DNA of 63,067 nt, the filler included, from Globobulimina sp. (lineage: Eukaryota), in assembly GCA_003354225.1 (NCBI GenBank). It is 29 parts of 29 records of this genome, joined end to end, with 100 filler letters (N's around TTAATTAATTAA, not from the genome) between each part and the next. Parts side by side here need not be neighbours in the genome. Positions count along the whole stretch, not along the records: positions 23,972 to 26,049 come from PIVH01009174.1; positions 26,150 to 28,227 come from PIVH01009175.1; positions 28,328 to 30,405 come from PIVH01009176.1; positions 30,506 to 32,583 come from PIVH01009177.1; positions 32,684 to 34,761 come from PIVH01009178.1; positions 34,862 to 36,939 come from PIVH01009179.1; 23 more parts are not named here. One strand, written 5' to 3'. A program made the position numbers and the translations under genes. The notes beneath the pieces are model-generated. The model worked only from the letters and a program-made list of their open reading frames with translations, was not told the DNA's origin and did no database searches. Positions 24,139 through 34,920 of this stretch are shown piece by piece (the first letter of the stretch is position 1; every line of letters starts with the position of its first letter).

Positions 24139-24666
24139 ATGATGGCTATTCAAATTGCGACGCGTAAACGTTTTCTTTCGCTGTGTGTTGGTACCGCAGG
24201 TTTGGCACTAATTTTCATATGTATCTTATTGATCATCCCCACTCAAGAAGGTTCTATGGCGGAAGACATCAAAGATGCGACGACGATCATGACAACTCAA
24301 CACAGAGAGGGAATGATGACTGTATCGCCAAAAATGGACCAATGTTTGTTTTCATTGATAAAAAGAACCGAAAAAGAAATACTAACATTTTGTTATCATC
24401 AAGAACTAAATGAAAAGATTACAATTTATTGTAATGGAACTATGGTCACATGGTCCAGAGACGCGATCAGGAGAATGACAAAGTTTTTCAAAAGAGTGTT
24501 TGAGACCATGGAGCCGCTCGAAATCAAAGGAGGATATCATATTGAAATAATACCTTATGCAAATCTTCGATTTAAAAATGGAGTTTTGAAATATGCTATT
24601 TTAGATCAAAAATGTAATGTAACAGCCTATGCTATTTATACAATGTATCATTGGTTATGTTTTTAA
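24139..24666 (+). CDS. Hypothetical protein with one N-terminal TM helix
   Basis: Intronless ORF; TATATAA near 24099; AATAAA near 24713. Confidence 0.6.
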   Translation: MMAIQIATRKRFLSLCVGTAGLALIFICILLIIPTQEGSMAEDIKDATTIMTTQHREGMMTVSPKMDQCLFSLIKRTEKEILTFCYHQELNEKITIYCNGTMVTWSRDAIRRMTKFFKRVFETMEPLEIKGGYHIEIIPYANLRFKNGVLKYAILDQKCNVTAYAIYTMYHWLCF

Positions 24667-24759
24667 TGCTCTTCCGATGTTTCATCTTTTATTTATGATG
24701 ATCAGTTTATTTAATAAAGGATTTTGAACGAATGTGATCATTGTTGTCATCTTTCAACC

Positions 24760-25122
24760 ATGGGTAAGGGTGCGATTAATGGATACAGCATAGCTGTAAG
24801 AATATGCGAATATTTTGCTCCAAGTGGCCTGAGTTTTCGTCTAAGATGCAAAATTTTTGGTGCTTTGTGTTGGGAAAATTTATCCGATTTGGAAAAACTG
24901 TATTTCAAAAGATTGTCTCTCCATTACCGTGACACTGCAGCAGGAAGAAGCGAGAAAGGTGGTCCCCGAGTATCTGATTTTCGATTTATGGTGGCAATGT
25001 TTGGTCAACGAGTAGAAGAAAAAGCTCATGTAAAATCTGCATTGGAAGAGGTTGGGCAAAAAATAGCAGAGATCAGTTATGAAGAAATTGACAATATTAT
25101 TAACAATGAAATTGACCCTTGA
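24760..25122 (+). CDS. Small HMG-box-like protein
   Basis: INGYSI...SF..RCKIFGALCWENLSDLEKLYF matches the HMG-box consensus (N.Y; K..G..W..LS..EK..F). Confidence 0.65.
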   Translation: MGKGAINGYSIAVRICEYFAPSGLSFRLRCKIFGALCWENLSDLEKLYFKRLSLHYRDTAAGRSEKGGPRVSDFRFMVAMFGQRVEEKAHVKSALEEVGQKIAEISYEEIDNIINNEIDP

Positions 25123-25166
25123 TACAAGAGTTTGACTGTAATCGATTTATTTATATAGATTATAAT

Positions 25167-25664
25167 TCAACAATATTTATATTGTGTCAATATTAATAAT
25201 AAAACGGTTGTAATAATCAAAAAACATAAATTATGAAACCAAGGTGTGTATATTTCGGTTTTTTTCTTATTCAATATCATAAATTGCTGAAATCCATACC
25301 ATCCTCCATGTGTGTCTATCCAATCCAATGCATGATTATAGAGAGCCTGGGAAAAATGTTCCTCAATGCGATGCAACATGCTTCGATCTCCTAGATGATG
25401 GGTTGCCATAGCATAACAGACGGCGAAAATCATAACAATTCTTCCCCAATTTTTGACACCATTTCGAAAAGTATGATTTACAATGGGGTCGATGTTTGCG
25501 ATGGTTAACCCTTTGGCATATTCTTTAACTTCTGGATTGATCACCATTGTAATCGCTTCCAACAAATGTGACAAAACGTAATGACGATTGTGGACTGTCC
25601 TACCACTTCCACAGATGATGATTTGATAAACCAATTTTTTGATTTCTTCACGAAGTTCTGACAT
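25167..25664 (-). CDS. Bcl-2 family protein with C-terminal membrane anchor (alternative start at 25700)
   Basis: BH1 FRNGVKNWGRIVMIF, BH2 WIDTHGGWYGF, hydrophobic tail LCFLIITTVLLLIL. Confidence 0.92.
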   Translation of the reverse strand: MSELREEIKKLVYQIIICGSGRTVHNRHYVLSHLLEAITMVINPEVKEYAKGLTIANIDPIVNHTFRNGVKNWGRIVMIFAVCYAMATHHLGDRSMLHRIEEHFSQALYNHALDWIDTHGGWYGFQQFMILNKKKTEIYTPWFHNLCFLIITTVLLLILTQYKYC

Positions 25665-25802
25665 GGTTTCAATTAGAATAGTATTGTGTTTTAAAATCAT
25701 AAGTTATTTGTGGAATGAATGAGAAGGGTTAGGATGAGTCTCATTATTTATCATCATATTTTTGAATAAAAGAAGCTTAAATTGTAGATATCATTATGAA
25801 TC

Positions 25803-26049
25803 ATGTCTACATCGATTCAAAAAGATTTTTACTTGTATCTTGTCACTCGACAGGCTGGCGATGGTGCTATGGAAGCTTCATGCAAACTCCCGTCCACTAT
25901 CGACCTGTCGAGAGAGAACTATGAAATAAGTCTGGTTGAAATTCAGTTACCTGGTTTGTGGCATAATATATATGATGCTTCGATCGATATTTGGTCTTTG
26001 GAAAAACCCAAGGTACGAGTGCAGATGACTATTCCGGATGGAAATTACA
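25803..26049 (+). CDS. Polinton/adintovirus-type minor capsid (penton) protein, N-terminus
   Basis: DFYLYL...KLPSTIDL..NYEISLVEIQLPGLWHNI...IPDGNY follows the FY.tL...LP..I.L...wEvgL.EI.yP..W.N...IP.GyY pattern I recall for this family. Confidence 0.7.
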
Positions 26050-26149
26050 NNNNNNNNNNNNNNNNNNNNNNNNNNNNNNNNNNNNNNNNNNNNTTAATTA
26101 ATTAANNNNNNNNNNNNNNNNNNNNNNNNNNNNNNNNNNNNNNNNNNNN

Positions 26150-27613
26150 CCTTCTTAATCGGAGCATTTGTTGGCGCCACAGATGGTGACATTGTTGGAT
26201 GTTCCGTCATATCTATATCATGGTAGTAAATTGTAACAAAATACCTTTTAAAAGCAACAAAATTGAATACATACCTTTTCCAACTAATGTCACACAAACT
26301 TGTGCATGCTTGGAATCGTAAACAATTTTGGATGGATCCGGCTGCAGTCTCTCTAATGCGATTAATTTGTGCGTTTCTGGACTGGTCCAATCACGTTTTA
26401 ATAAACCACCTATCTTTCCGCCTGGATTTAAGCTGTAAAAAAAAGAATTTCGTTGGTCAATCTCAATTAAATAAGTAATTAAATCATCCAACCAATCTAC
26501 CATTTTGCCTTTATATTTCGTACCAAATTCACCAATGACAACTGCTGCGTCAGTCATATTATTATTTGCTAAATAGCCCCAATGTGCGGACCATGCCTCA
26601 TCCGAATATTTATAATTTCGCGTCATATCACCGCCATAAACATGTGGTGTCCATAAATATCTATGTTCTCCATATTGCGTGGAATCAAATGTAATTCCCC
26701 AATTTCTAATACCTTCCAAATTTTCGCCGGCTCCACAACTTAATATATCACAGTCGTTATCTGTGCCTTGTATAGCAACCATCCAATTGACGCCTTTGGA
26801 CCATATCGCATTCGCTATCTCTTCAGAAAATTCTATCCATTCATGCCAGTCACTGTAGTTTTTATGTGTTGTTTGGTGCGTTAACGTGTTTAATTTGTAT
26901 ATATTTGCATATTGTACATAACTTAGATTCGATCTCATCTCCTTCGTCAAATATATCCGCAATGAATACATTATATTCATCTTTTAATAAAGTTGCTAAT
27001 GTCTCCCAAGTACGTATTACATTTTTCGTTTTGGATTTTTTAGTGCGAAAATCAGGCATAACCAAAATTCCGTGTTTTCCAGCAGCTTCAACCACGGCTT
27101 TATATGCATTCTGATTTGAGATTCCAGCGTCTATAAAAGACTGCGAAAAGGGTAAACGGATTGCGTTGAAATTCTGGGTATATGTATGTTGTTTATTGTG
27201 TATTTATGTGAGAGAAAAACAAATTATTTTTTAGTATTAACATTTTCAAGCATCCAATTTAAATACCAATTAACATCATGAATATCTAAACCATACAATG
27301 CAAAATTACTGCTCTCAAAACCATACCAAGATAAGCCTTTGATATTAAATTTTTTCCCATTTAAATATATTTGATTATTATAAGATTCCCATTCGAGTTC
27401 GTTTTCATCACTGCACATAATATGAGAATCGACGTGCGGTTTCATCGAAGGTGGCTGTGTTGCAATAATGGTTGGATTTGCTGTTGGAATCTTTGCATTT
27501 TTTTTCGCATTTTTATGCAATGCATTCCAACCTCCAAAACCGAAATTAGTCCGCGCAGATATGGATGAAATAAAATAACAAAATGTTACAATCAACTTTA
27601 GGGACAGAATCAT
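26150..27613 (-). CDS. Secreted glycoside hydrolase family 5 (cellulase-like); introns 27174-27241, 26853-26922, 26213-26274; 3' truncated
   Basis: Signal peptide; IKGLSWYGFES, FNAIRLPFS, TPHVYG, IGEFG, GGLL..DW; all three splices keep frame. Confidence 0.9.
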
Positions 27614-27756
27614 GCTTTGGCAAGATTTCAATGACGATGAGGTAGTTCAATGCAACGGGGCATTCCCTAAATGAAAAATAAAAGTTTTTAGTTAGCTGAA
27701 AGACTTGACTTTAAAAAGTTTGATGCTCAAAAGTAACTTTTGTCACCACGCGAATT

Positions 27757-28227
27757 TCAACTTTTAACAGTGAATACCGCTGTATTTTTCAGCACATTAT
27801 AATTATCAGACCAATTTTTATGACAAGTAATGCGATGCGTACGTTTCCAATGTACTTTCTGACACTTTCTATTGCAATACATTGCTTTCATGCATCCAGC
27901 ACATGATCTTAATTTTATTCCTTTCTTCATTCCACAATTACTACATTTCATTTTATTCAATTTCCGCTTAAAAAATCCCTTTTCTTTATCATAATCTTCA
28001 AATATTTGGGTCTTATTTTCAACATAAAGTAATTTATAAACATGCGCACGTTTTAAACATTTATATCCCATTCCATATTCACGACAAACTTTACATATTT
28101 TACTCAAATATTGCAATGATAAATATGTCATAAAAAATGACGGTGCTCCACGAATTGCAAAAACAAATATATGTCTGGCTTCCACATATTTCTTCTCTTT
28201 GAATGCCATTTTTGCAAAAAGAAAGCG
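27757..28227 (-). CDS. MYND zinc finger protein, C-terminal part
   Basis: CSNC...CAGC..MYCNRKCQKVHWKRTHRITC. Confidence 0.92.
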   Translation of the reverse strand, partial: RFLFAKMAFKEKKYVEARHIFVFAIRGAPSFFMTYLSLQYLSKICKVCREYGMGYKCLKRAHVYKLLYVENKTQIFEDYDKEKGFFKRKLNKMKCSNCGMKKGIKLRSCAGCMKAMYCNRKCQKVHWKRTHRITCHKNWSDNYNVLKNTAVFTVKS

Positions 28228-28327
28228 NNNNNNNNNNNNNNNNNNNNNNNNNNNNNNNNNNNNNNNNNNNNTTAATTAATTAANNNNNNNNNNNNNNNNN
28301 NNNNNNNNNNNNNNNNNNNNNNNNNNN

Positions 28328-28844
28328 AATGTGATTCATGTGAATGATGATGATGATTACATGTACAAACCTAGATATTATGCAGGAATGAGGGAAATGG
28401 ATGATTCAATGGATGAAGAGACAGAAAAATATTCCAATAAAAAACAATTGGTTGCATTTTTATTGTCGCTCACTTTGGGTGGTGTTGGCGCTGGAAGGTA
28501 CTAATAACATTTGTTTTGATTCAACGTACATTTAAATGAATAACTGTATTTTTTCAACCACAAGGTTTTACATTGGAGATTATGCAATGGGGTCAATAAA
28601 ATTATTGGCGTATTTATTTCTATTATGCGGACCATGTATTGCTTTATGTTGTTTTTTGTATGAAAGTAATGATAGTACTCATAGATCCCAATCAAATACT
28701 ACGAATGAGTGCGTATTTAGCGTTTGTTTACCACTGTATGTTTGTATTGCAGTTGTAGTAATTATTTGGTTAATTGTTGATATTATAAAATTCGGTTTGA
28801 ATGATATACCTGATGGTGATGGTTTGACTTTGAAACCAATGTAA
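28328..28844 (+). CDS. TM2-domain protein; intron 28498-28564; 5' truncated
   Basis: KKQLVAFLLSLTLGGVGAGR|FYIG...WLIVDII..G...DG.G. Confidence 0.88.
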
Positions 28845-28917
28845 ATTTTGTTTTTGAAAATGCAATAATTTCTGGCATCTTATAATTATAAAAAACTCAA
28901 AGTTTTTCACAGTTATC

Positions 28918-29586
28918 ATGGCTTTCGTTGCTGTAGCGGTTTGGTTTAACGTATTAACATTAGTATCATCTCAAACATGTAATTATATTCGGAGCGATGA
29001 TATTGAAGTTGGTTATGCTCAACCAATTGATGTCTGCATTGGAGATAGATCAAATAAAGCATCCGTAAAATATGTTTGTTCAAGCAATGGTGATCAAGTA
29101 ACAAAATTGTGGTTTAATAATTCTTATACCTGTGATAATTCGACATTCTTCGAATCCACGGTATATGCGAGTGGCACATCAACCAATACAGAATTTGAAT
29201 GCAATGGAAATAATGAGTGTGATATTTGTATCAGAACCTATGGAACAGGCTGTGATATCAATGGCGCACATTCAGATTCATGGTCTGAGGATTGTTGGAT
29301 AAATGATACGTGTCAACATATATTCCCTGGTGGTATGACTACACAATCTGGAAAATATAAATGTATTTCAAAAACGCATTGGAAATCAACTGAATGGGAA
29401 GGCACAACGACCTGTGATGGTTCGGGCAGTTCGAGAACATTCAGTGCCGGCTGCCAGACAAATACCATGAATTCTGATATTTATTATGAAATTAAAACTA
29501 TTCCGTGTGAAAATGAATCACATGCTGCTTGCCTTCGATTTTTGCCCTTTTTCGCTGTTTTTTTGTCTGTTTTTAATATGTGGTAA
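28918..29586 (+). CDS. Secreted Cys-rich, probably GPI-anchored surface protein
   Basis: Signal peptide, many Cys, hydrophobic C-terminus. Confidence 0.75.
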   Translation: MAFVAVAVWFNVLTLVSSQTCNYIRSDDIEVGYAQPIDVCIGDRSNKASVKYVCSSNGDQVTKLWFNNSYTCDNSTFFESTVYASGTSTNTEFECNGNNECDICIRTYGTGCDINGAHSDSWSEDCWINDTCQHIFPGGMTTQSGKYKCISKTHWKSTEWEGTTTCDGSGSSRTFSAGCQTNTMNSDIYYEIKTIPCENESHAACLRFLPFFAVFLSVFNMW

Positions 29587-29812
29587 GGGTTATATTTTTC
29601 AAATGAAAGTTTATCACTTTTTTATGTGACTTTCTTTTTTAATATTCCGAGTATGAGATGAACACTTTGATGTTAAAAAAGCAAACACCACACATAATAT
29701 GGATAGAGAGAAGATGTGCATTCAATTGATCCATCTATTATTTATTAAAAAACTTTAAAGTCTGTAAAGTATTGATCATGGTGTCTCTGTCACATACAAA
29801 TATCTGATCAAA

Positions 29813-30084
29813 ATGATGCAAAAGTCTGCGTCTCAACGTATACTGAGCGAATTAGAGAACCTATTTCGAACTTTAGCATTGGAATCAAAAAAAACAAACT
29901 CTCATTTAAAATCTGTGACAGAAAAAGCAATAATAAAATTACGAGAATACAAGAATCTCAACAAATCCATCACGCAGTTAAAAGCTGTCTTATCTAACGA
30001 TATCATACTGAGACCATTGATATTATCATGGAGTTCTCGCAATATATCCATCTCATTAACAGCACTCAACATTTTGCAAAAGCG
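29813..30084 (+). CDS. MON2: MON2 / large Arf-GEF DCB domain N-terminus, broken by a chimeric junction
   Basis: LFRTLALESKK...LKSVTEKAIIKLR...ILRPLILSWSSRN..ISLTALNILQK; similarity stops abruptly. Confidence 0.7.
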
Positions 30085-30120
30085 GTTTAATTTGGGTATA
30101 TTAATTCGGCTATTTAATAC

Positions 30121-30405
30121 GTCATTCCGGCCGCAGCGAAGCGGAGAGCCGGAATCCAGCAAAAGCAAAGAAAGAGGTTCGTTTATGAAAATTCGGTCTG
30201 GATGCGAACATACTGTGTGAAGGGCATTTTGGTATCTATCCGGTAAAAATGAAGTTAGAAAACTTATCGGATCGTTTCTGGTCGATTAGGAAATAGAATA
30301 TCACCGCAGAGGCGCAGAGGACGCAGAGATAAGTTTTATATTTTCATTTGCCTTTGATCCTCCAAAAAAACTGGCGGACAGGAAAAAAGGCAAAAAGAAA
30401 TAAGT
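30121..30405. repeat. Bacterial-type REP-like palindromes (foreign DNA)
   Basis: GTCATTCCGGCCGCAGCGAAGCGGAGAGCCGGAATCCAG; CACCGCAGAGGCGCAGAGGACGCAGAG; TTTGCCTTT...AAAGGCAAA hairpin. Confidence 0.65.
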
Positions 30406-30505
30406 NNNNNNNNNNNNNNNNNNNNNNNNNNNNNNNNNNNNNNNNNNNNTTAATTAATTAANNNNNNNNNNNNNNNNNNNNNNNNNNNNNNNNNNNNNNN
30501 NNNNN

Positions 30506-32583
30506 GCCATCGGGAAGAAAGAAGAAAAGAAATACTTTTATAAAAAAGATGCAGAAAAGGATAAGAAAGAAGAGGACGATGAGGATGAGGACGAAGAGAA
30601 GGAAGTGATTACATCGAGACATAAAATTATCGAGAAAACCTTGCAATTTCTAATTGCCACAGATTTGCAGAAATTAAATGGAAAATTAAGCGAAGATGAT
30701 GACGATGTGGGGGATATTCGCAGATTGATGTTTGAAATAATAAGTTGTATACAGATGGATATAAGCAATAAGATCGCATTTAAAACGATAAAATCGAGCG
30801 CTGTGCAAAGTAATCCATCCAAGATATTTATATTATCATTACAGATTATCACAGAATCGGATAATTTATTGACACAAATTATGAAATCGGACATTAAAAA
30901 TAAACAAGAAGTGATCCAGAATAGCAATTTATTGCAATGTTTACTGCCCTCTGCGGTACATTCATTTAAACCGTACATTGAGCGGTTGCGTGTCTCCAAA
31001 CATGCGGAGGTATTTGCAGCGTTAAACCGGTTAAATGATGTATTAAATACTGTGAACAAAGCAAGTGAACAGAAAGAGGAACATAAAGAAGATTTGGATG
31101 CAGATTTAGAGGATGTAATGGTGATTGAATCGCAGCATCCATATAAACCAACGGAATGTAAGCGGTATGAATGTGCGTTTGATGACAGCGTACATGCGGT
31201 GATGATAGATTTTGATATTCGTTGTCGATTCCGCTGCGAAGATGATCAATTAGTCATTGGTTTTGCTGAGAATGCAAATTATTTCCATGGTAATATGCTA
31301 TATGGCGTCCCGGGAACGATTATCGTACCCTCGAATAAGATAAATATTTCCTTTGCTTCGTATGGTACCAAAGCACAACGGAAAGAAGCACCGCCTCCTG
31401 ATGCTCTGCAGAAACGTTGGGGATGGCGAATATACATAAAACCGCACGTGATACGGCAGCGAGGTAATTTTTTGTATAATTTACAACTGGAATTATGTGA
31501 TATTTTAGCACATATTGCGTGTCTTATGATATCCGATCGGGAGGATATCAAAAGTAAATTATCCATAAGATATCCGAAACCAGCTGCATTATTTGGCAGT
31601 GATATGTTTAGAAATGGATTAGAAGCACAAGAGGATGACATCGAGGATGAAAGTGACGTAAAAACTGACACGAATACCAAATCAGAGGCAGATATACAGT
31701 CCTTTTTACATAAATTATTGGCTGATAACGAAGAGGAAGAGTTGGTGCTAATGGATGAGAAAAGTAACATTGACCGAGGCGATGATGCTATCATAAGTAA
31801 AATACGCGGTATGTTCAGCAATGCGCAGGCTTCGAATTGTGTGATGATTCCATCTGAATGTGCTTATGGTGGCATACAGTCGGAGATAAATATCAAAATA
31901 TTCAATGAATTGAATGAGCCATTTAATCGATTATTAAATCAACATAGCTGTAATATATCGGCCGCATTGTACAAGAAAATACAACGTAAACCCAGGGAGG
32001 AGGAACGTGATTGGCATCAACAAATTTCGTGGTCGCAATACGAGAGAAAAAGTATGGATTTTAAAGTGACACAATTTGGATTGTGCTTTGATGGCGACAA
32101 TACGGTGTATATTATAGGCGGATATCGCGAGGGCAACGTCGACAGTGAATATTGTTATAAATATGATATGAAAGAAGATAAATATACGAAGATAAAATCC
32201 ATTGATTTTGCAGTGAAATGCCATTGTATTGGTATGCTACGCGATGGACGTATATTATCCATAGGTGGCTATACCTCGCATTTTGCAATTTATTCCCCGA
32301 GCGATGATACTTGGGATTATACACTAAATACGGATGAAAATAAAAAGAATTTTGGTTCCGGATCACGTTTTGTAACATCTATTAACAAAAACAATGAAGA
32401 AATTATACATTGTATCGGTGGCGCTAAATTTGACGACGACGATGATAAAAAAAACGAGGAACATGGCGGGGATAAATATTATCAATACAATATGCATACA
32501 AATGAATGGAAAGCGATGCCCAATGTACCTACAAAGGTGAAATGCCATGGTTTGGTGATGGATAAATTTGATAGAATCTATTG
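30506..32583 (+). CDS. Internal fragment of a large protein with an ESxHPY (CUB-like) domain and kelch repeats
   Basis: VIESQHPY...WGW; repeated IIGGY...YKYD, SIGGY...DTW, CIGG...NEW; open across the contig. Confidence 0.75.
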
Positions 32584-32683
32584 NNNNNNNNNNNNNNNNN
32601 NNNNNNNNNNNNNNNNNNNNNNNNNNNTTAATTAATTAANNNNNNNNNNNNNNNNNNNNNNNNNNNNNNNNNNNNNNNNNNNN

Positions 32684-33019
32684 ATGAAAAGAACTACAAA
32701 GGAGTCGAAATACTTTGTCACTATTCAAGGCATTGCATTTCTTAAACGATATGTGAAATTATCGAAAAATAACACGGAGAGTTTGTATAATTTTGCGAGA
32801 GCTTTTCATTTGTTGGGATTGTATGGATCTGCGCAAAAATTGTATGAAAAAATTATTAATCGAATAACATGTATTCAATCGTGTAATGAGTGTGATGATT
32901 CTCAATCTGGTTTTAATCCAATACGGAGATATTGTGCTTATAATTTGTCAAACATATATTTAAGATCTGGACAACGCGACTTAGCCATTCAAACATTGAA
33001 ACGAAACATTATTGTTTAG
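32684..33019 (+). CDS. GTF3C3: TFIIIC TPR subunit (Tfc4/GTF3C3), C-terminus
   Basis: QGIAFLKRY, ESLYNFARAFHLLGL..A..LYEK, AYNLSNIY..SG...LA. Confidence 0.82.
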   Translation: MKRTTKESKYFVTIQGIAFLKRYVKLSKNNTESLYNFARAFHLLGLYGSAQKLYEKIINRITCIQSCNECDDSQSGFNPIRRYCAYNLSNIYLRSGQRDLAIQTLKRNIIV

Positions 33020-33562
33020 CATCATGTTTTTGCTTTTTAAATGTAATCTTTTTTGACAAAATCAAGATTTTTTTTATACAAAATAGCATCTTAAATCCGA
33101 TTCCGCCATAATCAGTTGGATACAATATTGGTGACGAATTATTGGCGGAATATAATGACAATTTACATGATGAGGCAGATGGATGCAATGAGTCATGTAA
33201 ATATTTCTTCGCCACACTGTAATGATGTGATGGGGGCGGAACGAAGGCGTTTGCAAACAATGTGAATGAGTATCAATATTGTTAATTATGCGCGGAGAAG
33301 CACTCATTGGATGACTAGTTCACTGGACGAAAATCTTAAAAACAACAAATTAAAAAACGTTTGGTGGTTGCAAACCGACTATGAAAACATTTGTCAATAT
33401 TATAATATATTTTTAATAAAAATACTAAAATTAAATATAAATACGTGCACAAAGTGCTTTACCAAACAAAAAATATCAAACAAAAAACATAAAAAAAAAG
33501 TTACAGAAACATTGTCATATAAATATCGCAAAACAATATTACACACAAACACCTAGCTTGCT

Positions 33563-33769
33563 TTACAGAAACTGTGATCGTTGTATGTGTAGTGATGGAA
33601 TGTATGATTTTTCTTCTTCTTTCTCATCAGCGCCAAACATTATTTCTATCGATTTAAAATATAAACGCCATGTTTTACAAACTAATTTGCATCTCATTGT
33701 GTCTTTCGATCCGATACCCAAAAAATACATAATTAGCTTAAACTCCTTTTTACATAATTTGGTTGCCAT
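33563..33769 (-). CDS. F-box-like protein, first exon or short ORF
   Basis: LCKKEFKLIMYFL...DTMRCKLVCKTWR. Confidence 0.55.
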   Translation of the reverse strand: MATKLCKKEFKLIMYFLGIGSKDTMRCKLVCKTWRLYFKSIEIMFGADEKEEEKSYIPSLHIQRSQFL

Positions 33770-33866
33770 TCTCTAACAATTATTATCAAAAACTACTTTA
33801 CTTCACTTCTTCCAAACGTACATCCGCCCGCTACATAACCACACCACACCACACCAGACATCCGAT

Positions 33867-34761
33867 ATGTTATTTTTATTAATATTAACAGTGATTGCTT
33901 GTGTGGCAAATTCGCAGCCTCAATGCCTTTCGTGGCAAACAGAATTATTTTATGAAAACGCTGAAAATTTTACTGATTGGATATTTGACACTGACGGAAC
34001 AGAAGTGACTGATTATACAGCTAATAGGTATTGTTATGACGAAGCTTGTTATGCTATTTATCAATTGGACCGAGATTCAGTCACAACAACACCAAATTTC
34101 TTATCCAAATTAGGATTAATTTCAACAATTGGATTCACAGATATTACCATCAATTATGCATTAAAACATCTTACGTATACTTATCCGGGAGATGGCGTAT
34201 ATTACACCACTGCAGATGGAGAGTGCGGGAGTAGTTATACCGTCGATGGAGAAACATTTTCAACACTTGATTCAGACGTTGTTGTTGCTGGTATCGATCT
34301 GCACGAATGGGTCAATTCATCGATGCTAATAATTACAGAATCACTCGGTGCGGACGCAAGTAATACAGCAACACTTCAAATTCGATGGGAAGCGACATCA
34401 TTGTGGCCAAGAAATTCCACCAACAGCGCAAACCGACATTACTGTTTTATCGATGAAATTAGATTATGTGGCACAGCCATTACAACATCAACGACTGCCA
34501 CACCAACAACCACCACACCAACGACGTATCACAGTGATTCGGGTTCTGATGATTCGGGTTCTGGTTCTGGCGATTCCTTAGACAGTGCTTCAAAGAGAAA
34601 GTTAAAATTTAAACGAAAAAAAAAATCCAGAATTACCAGTTCAGAGTCAAGTGAGTCAATTTACAGCGCCTTATCTTCAATGAACGGCGTGGATGATCAT
34701 GAAAAGAATGTAAATGGACATAATGTAAATTTTGTGATTTCTGTGCCGCCAAAAACGTTTT
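33867..34761 (+). CDS. Secreted protein with beta-rich domain and Thr/Ser-rich stalk, 3' truncated
   Basis: Signal peptide; TTPTT and SGSDDSGS tracts. Confidence 0.7.
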
Positions 34762-34920
34762 NNNNNNNNNNNNNNNNNNNNNNNNNNNNNNNNNNNNNNN
34801 NNNNNTTAATTAATTAANNNNNNNNNNNNNNNNNNNNNNNNNNNNNNNNNNNNNNNNNNNNCCACTCTAGCTAACCCAAAAACCTTGCCAATCACAAAAG
34901 AAGTGTTTAGAAGTTTAAGC

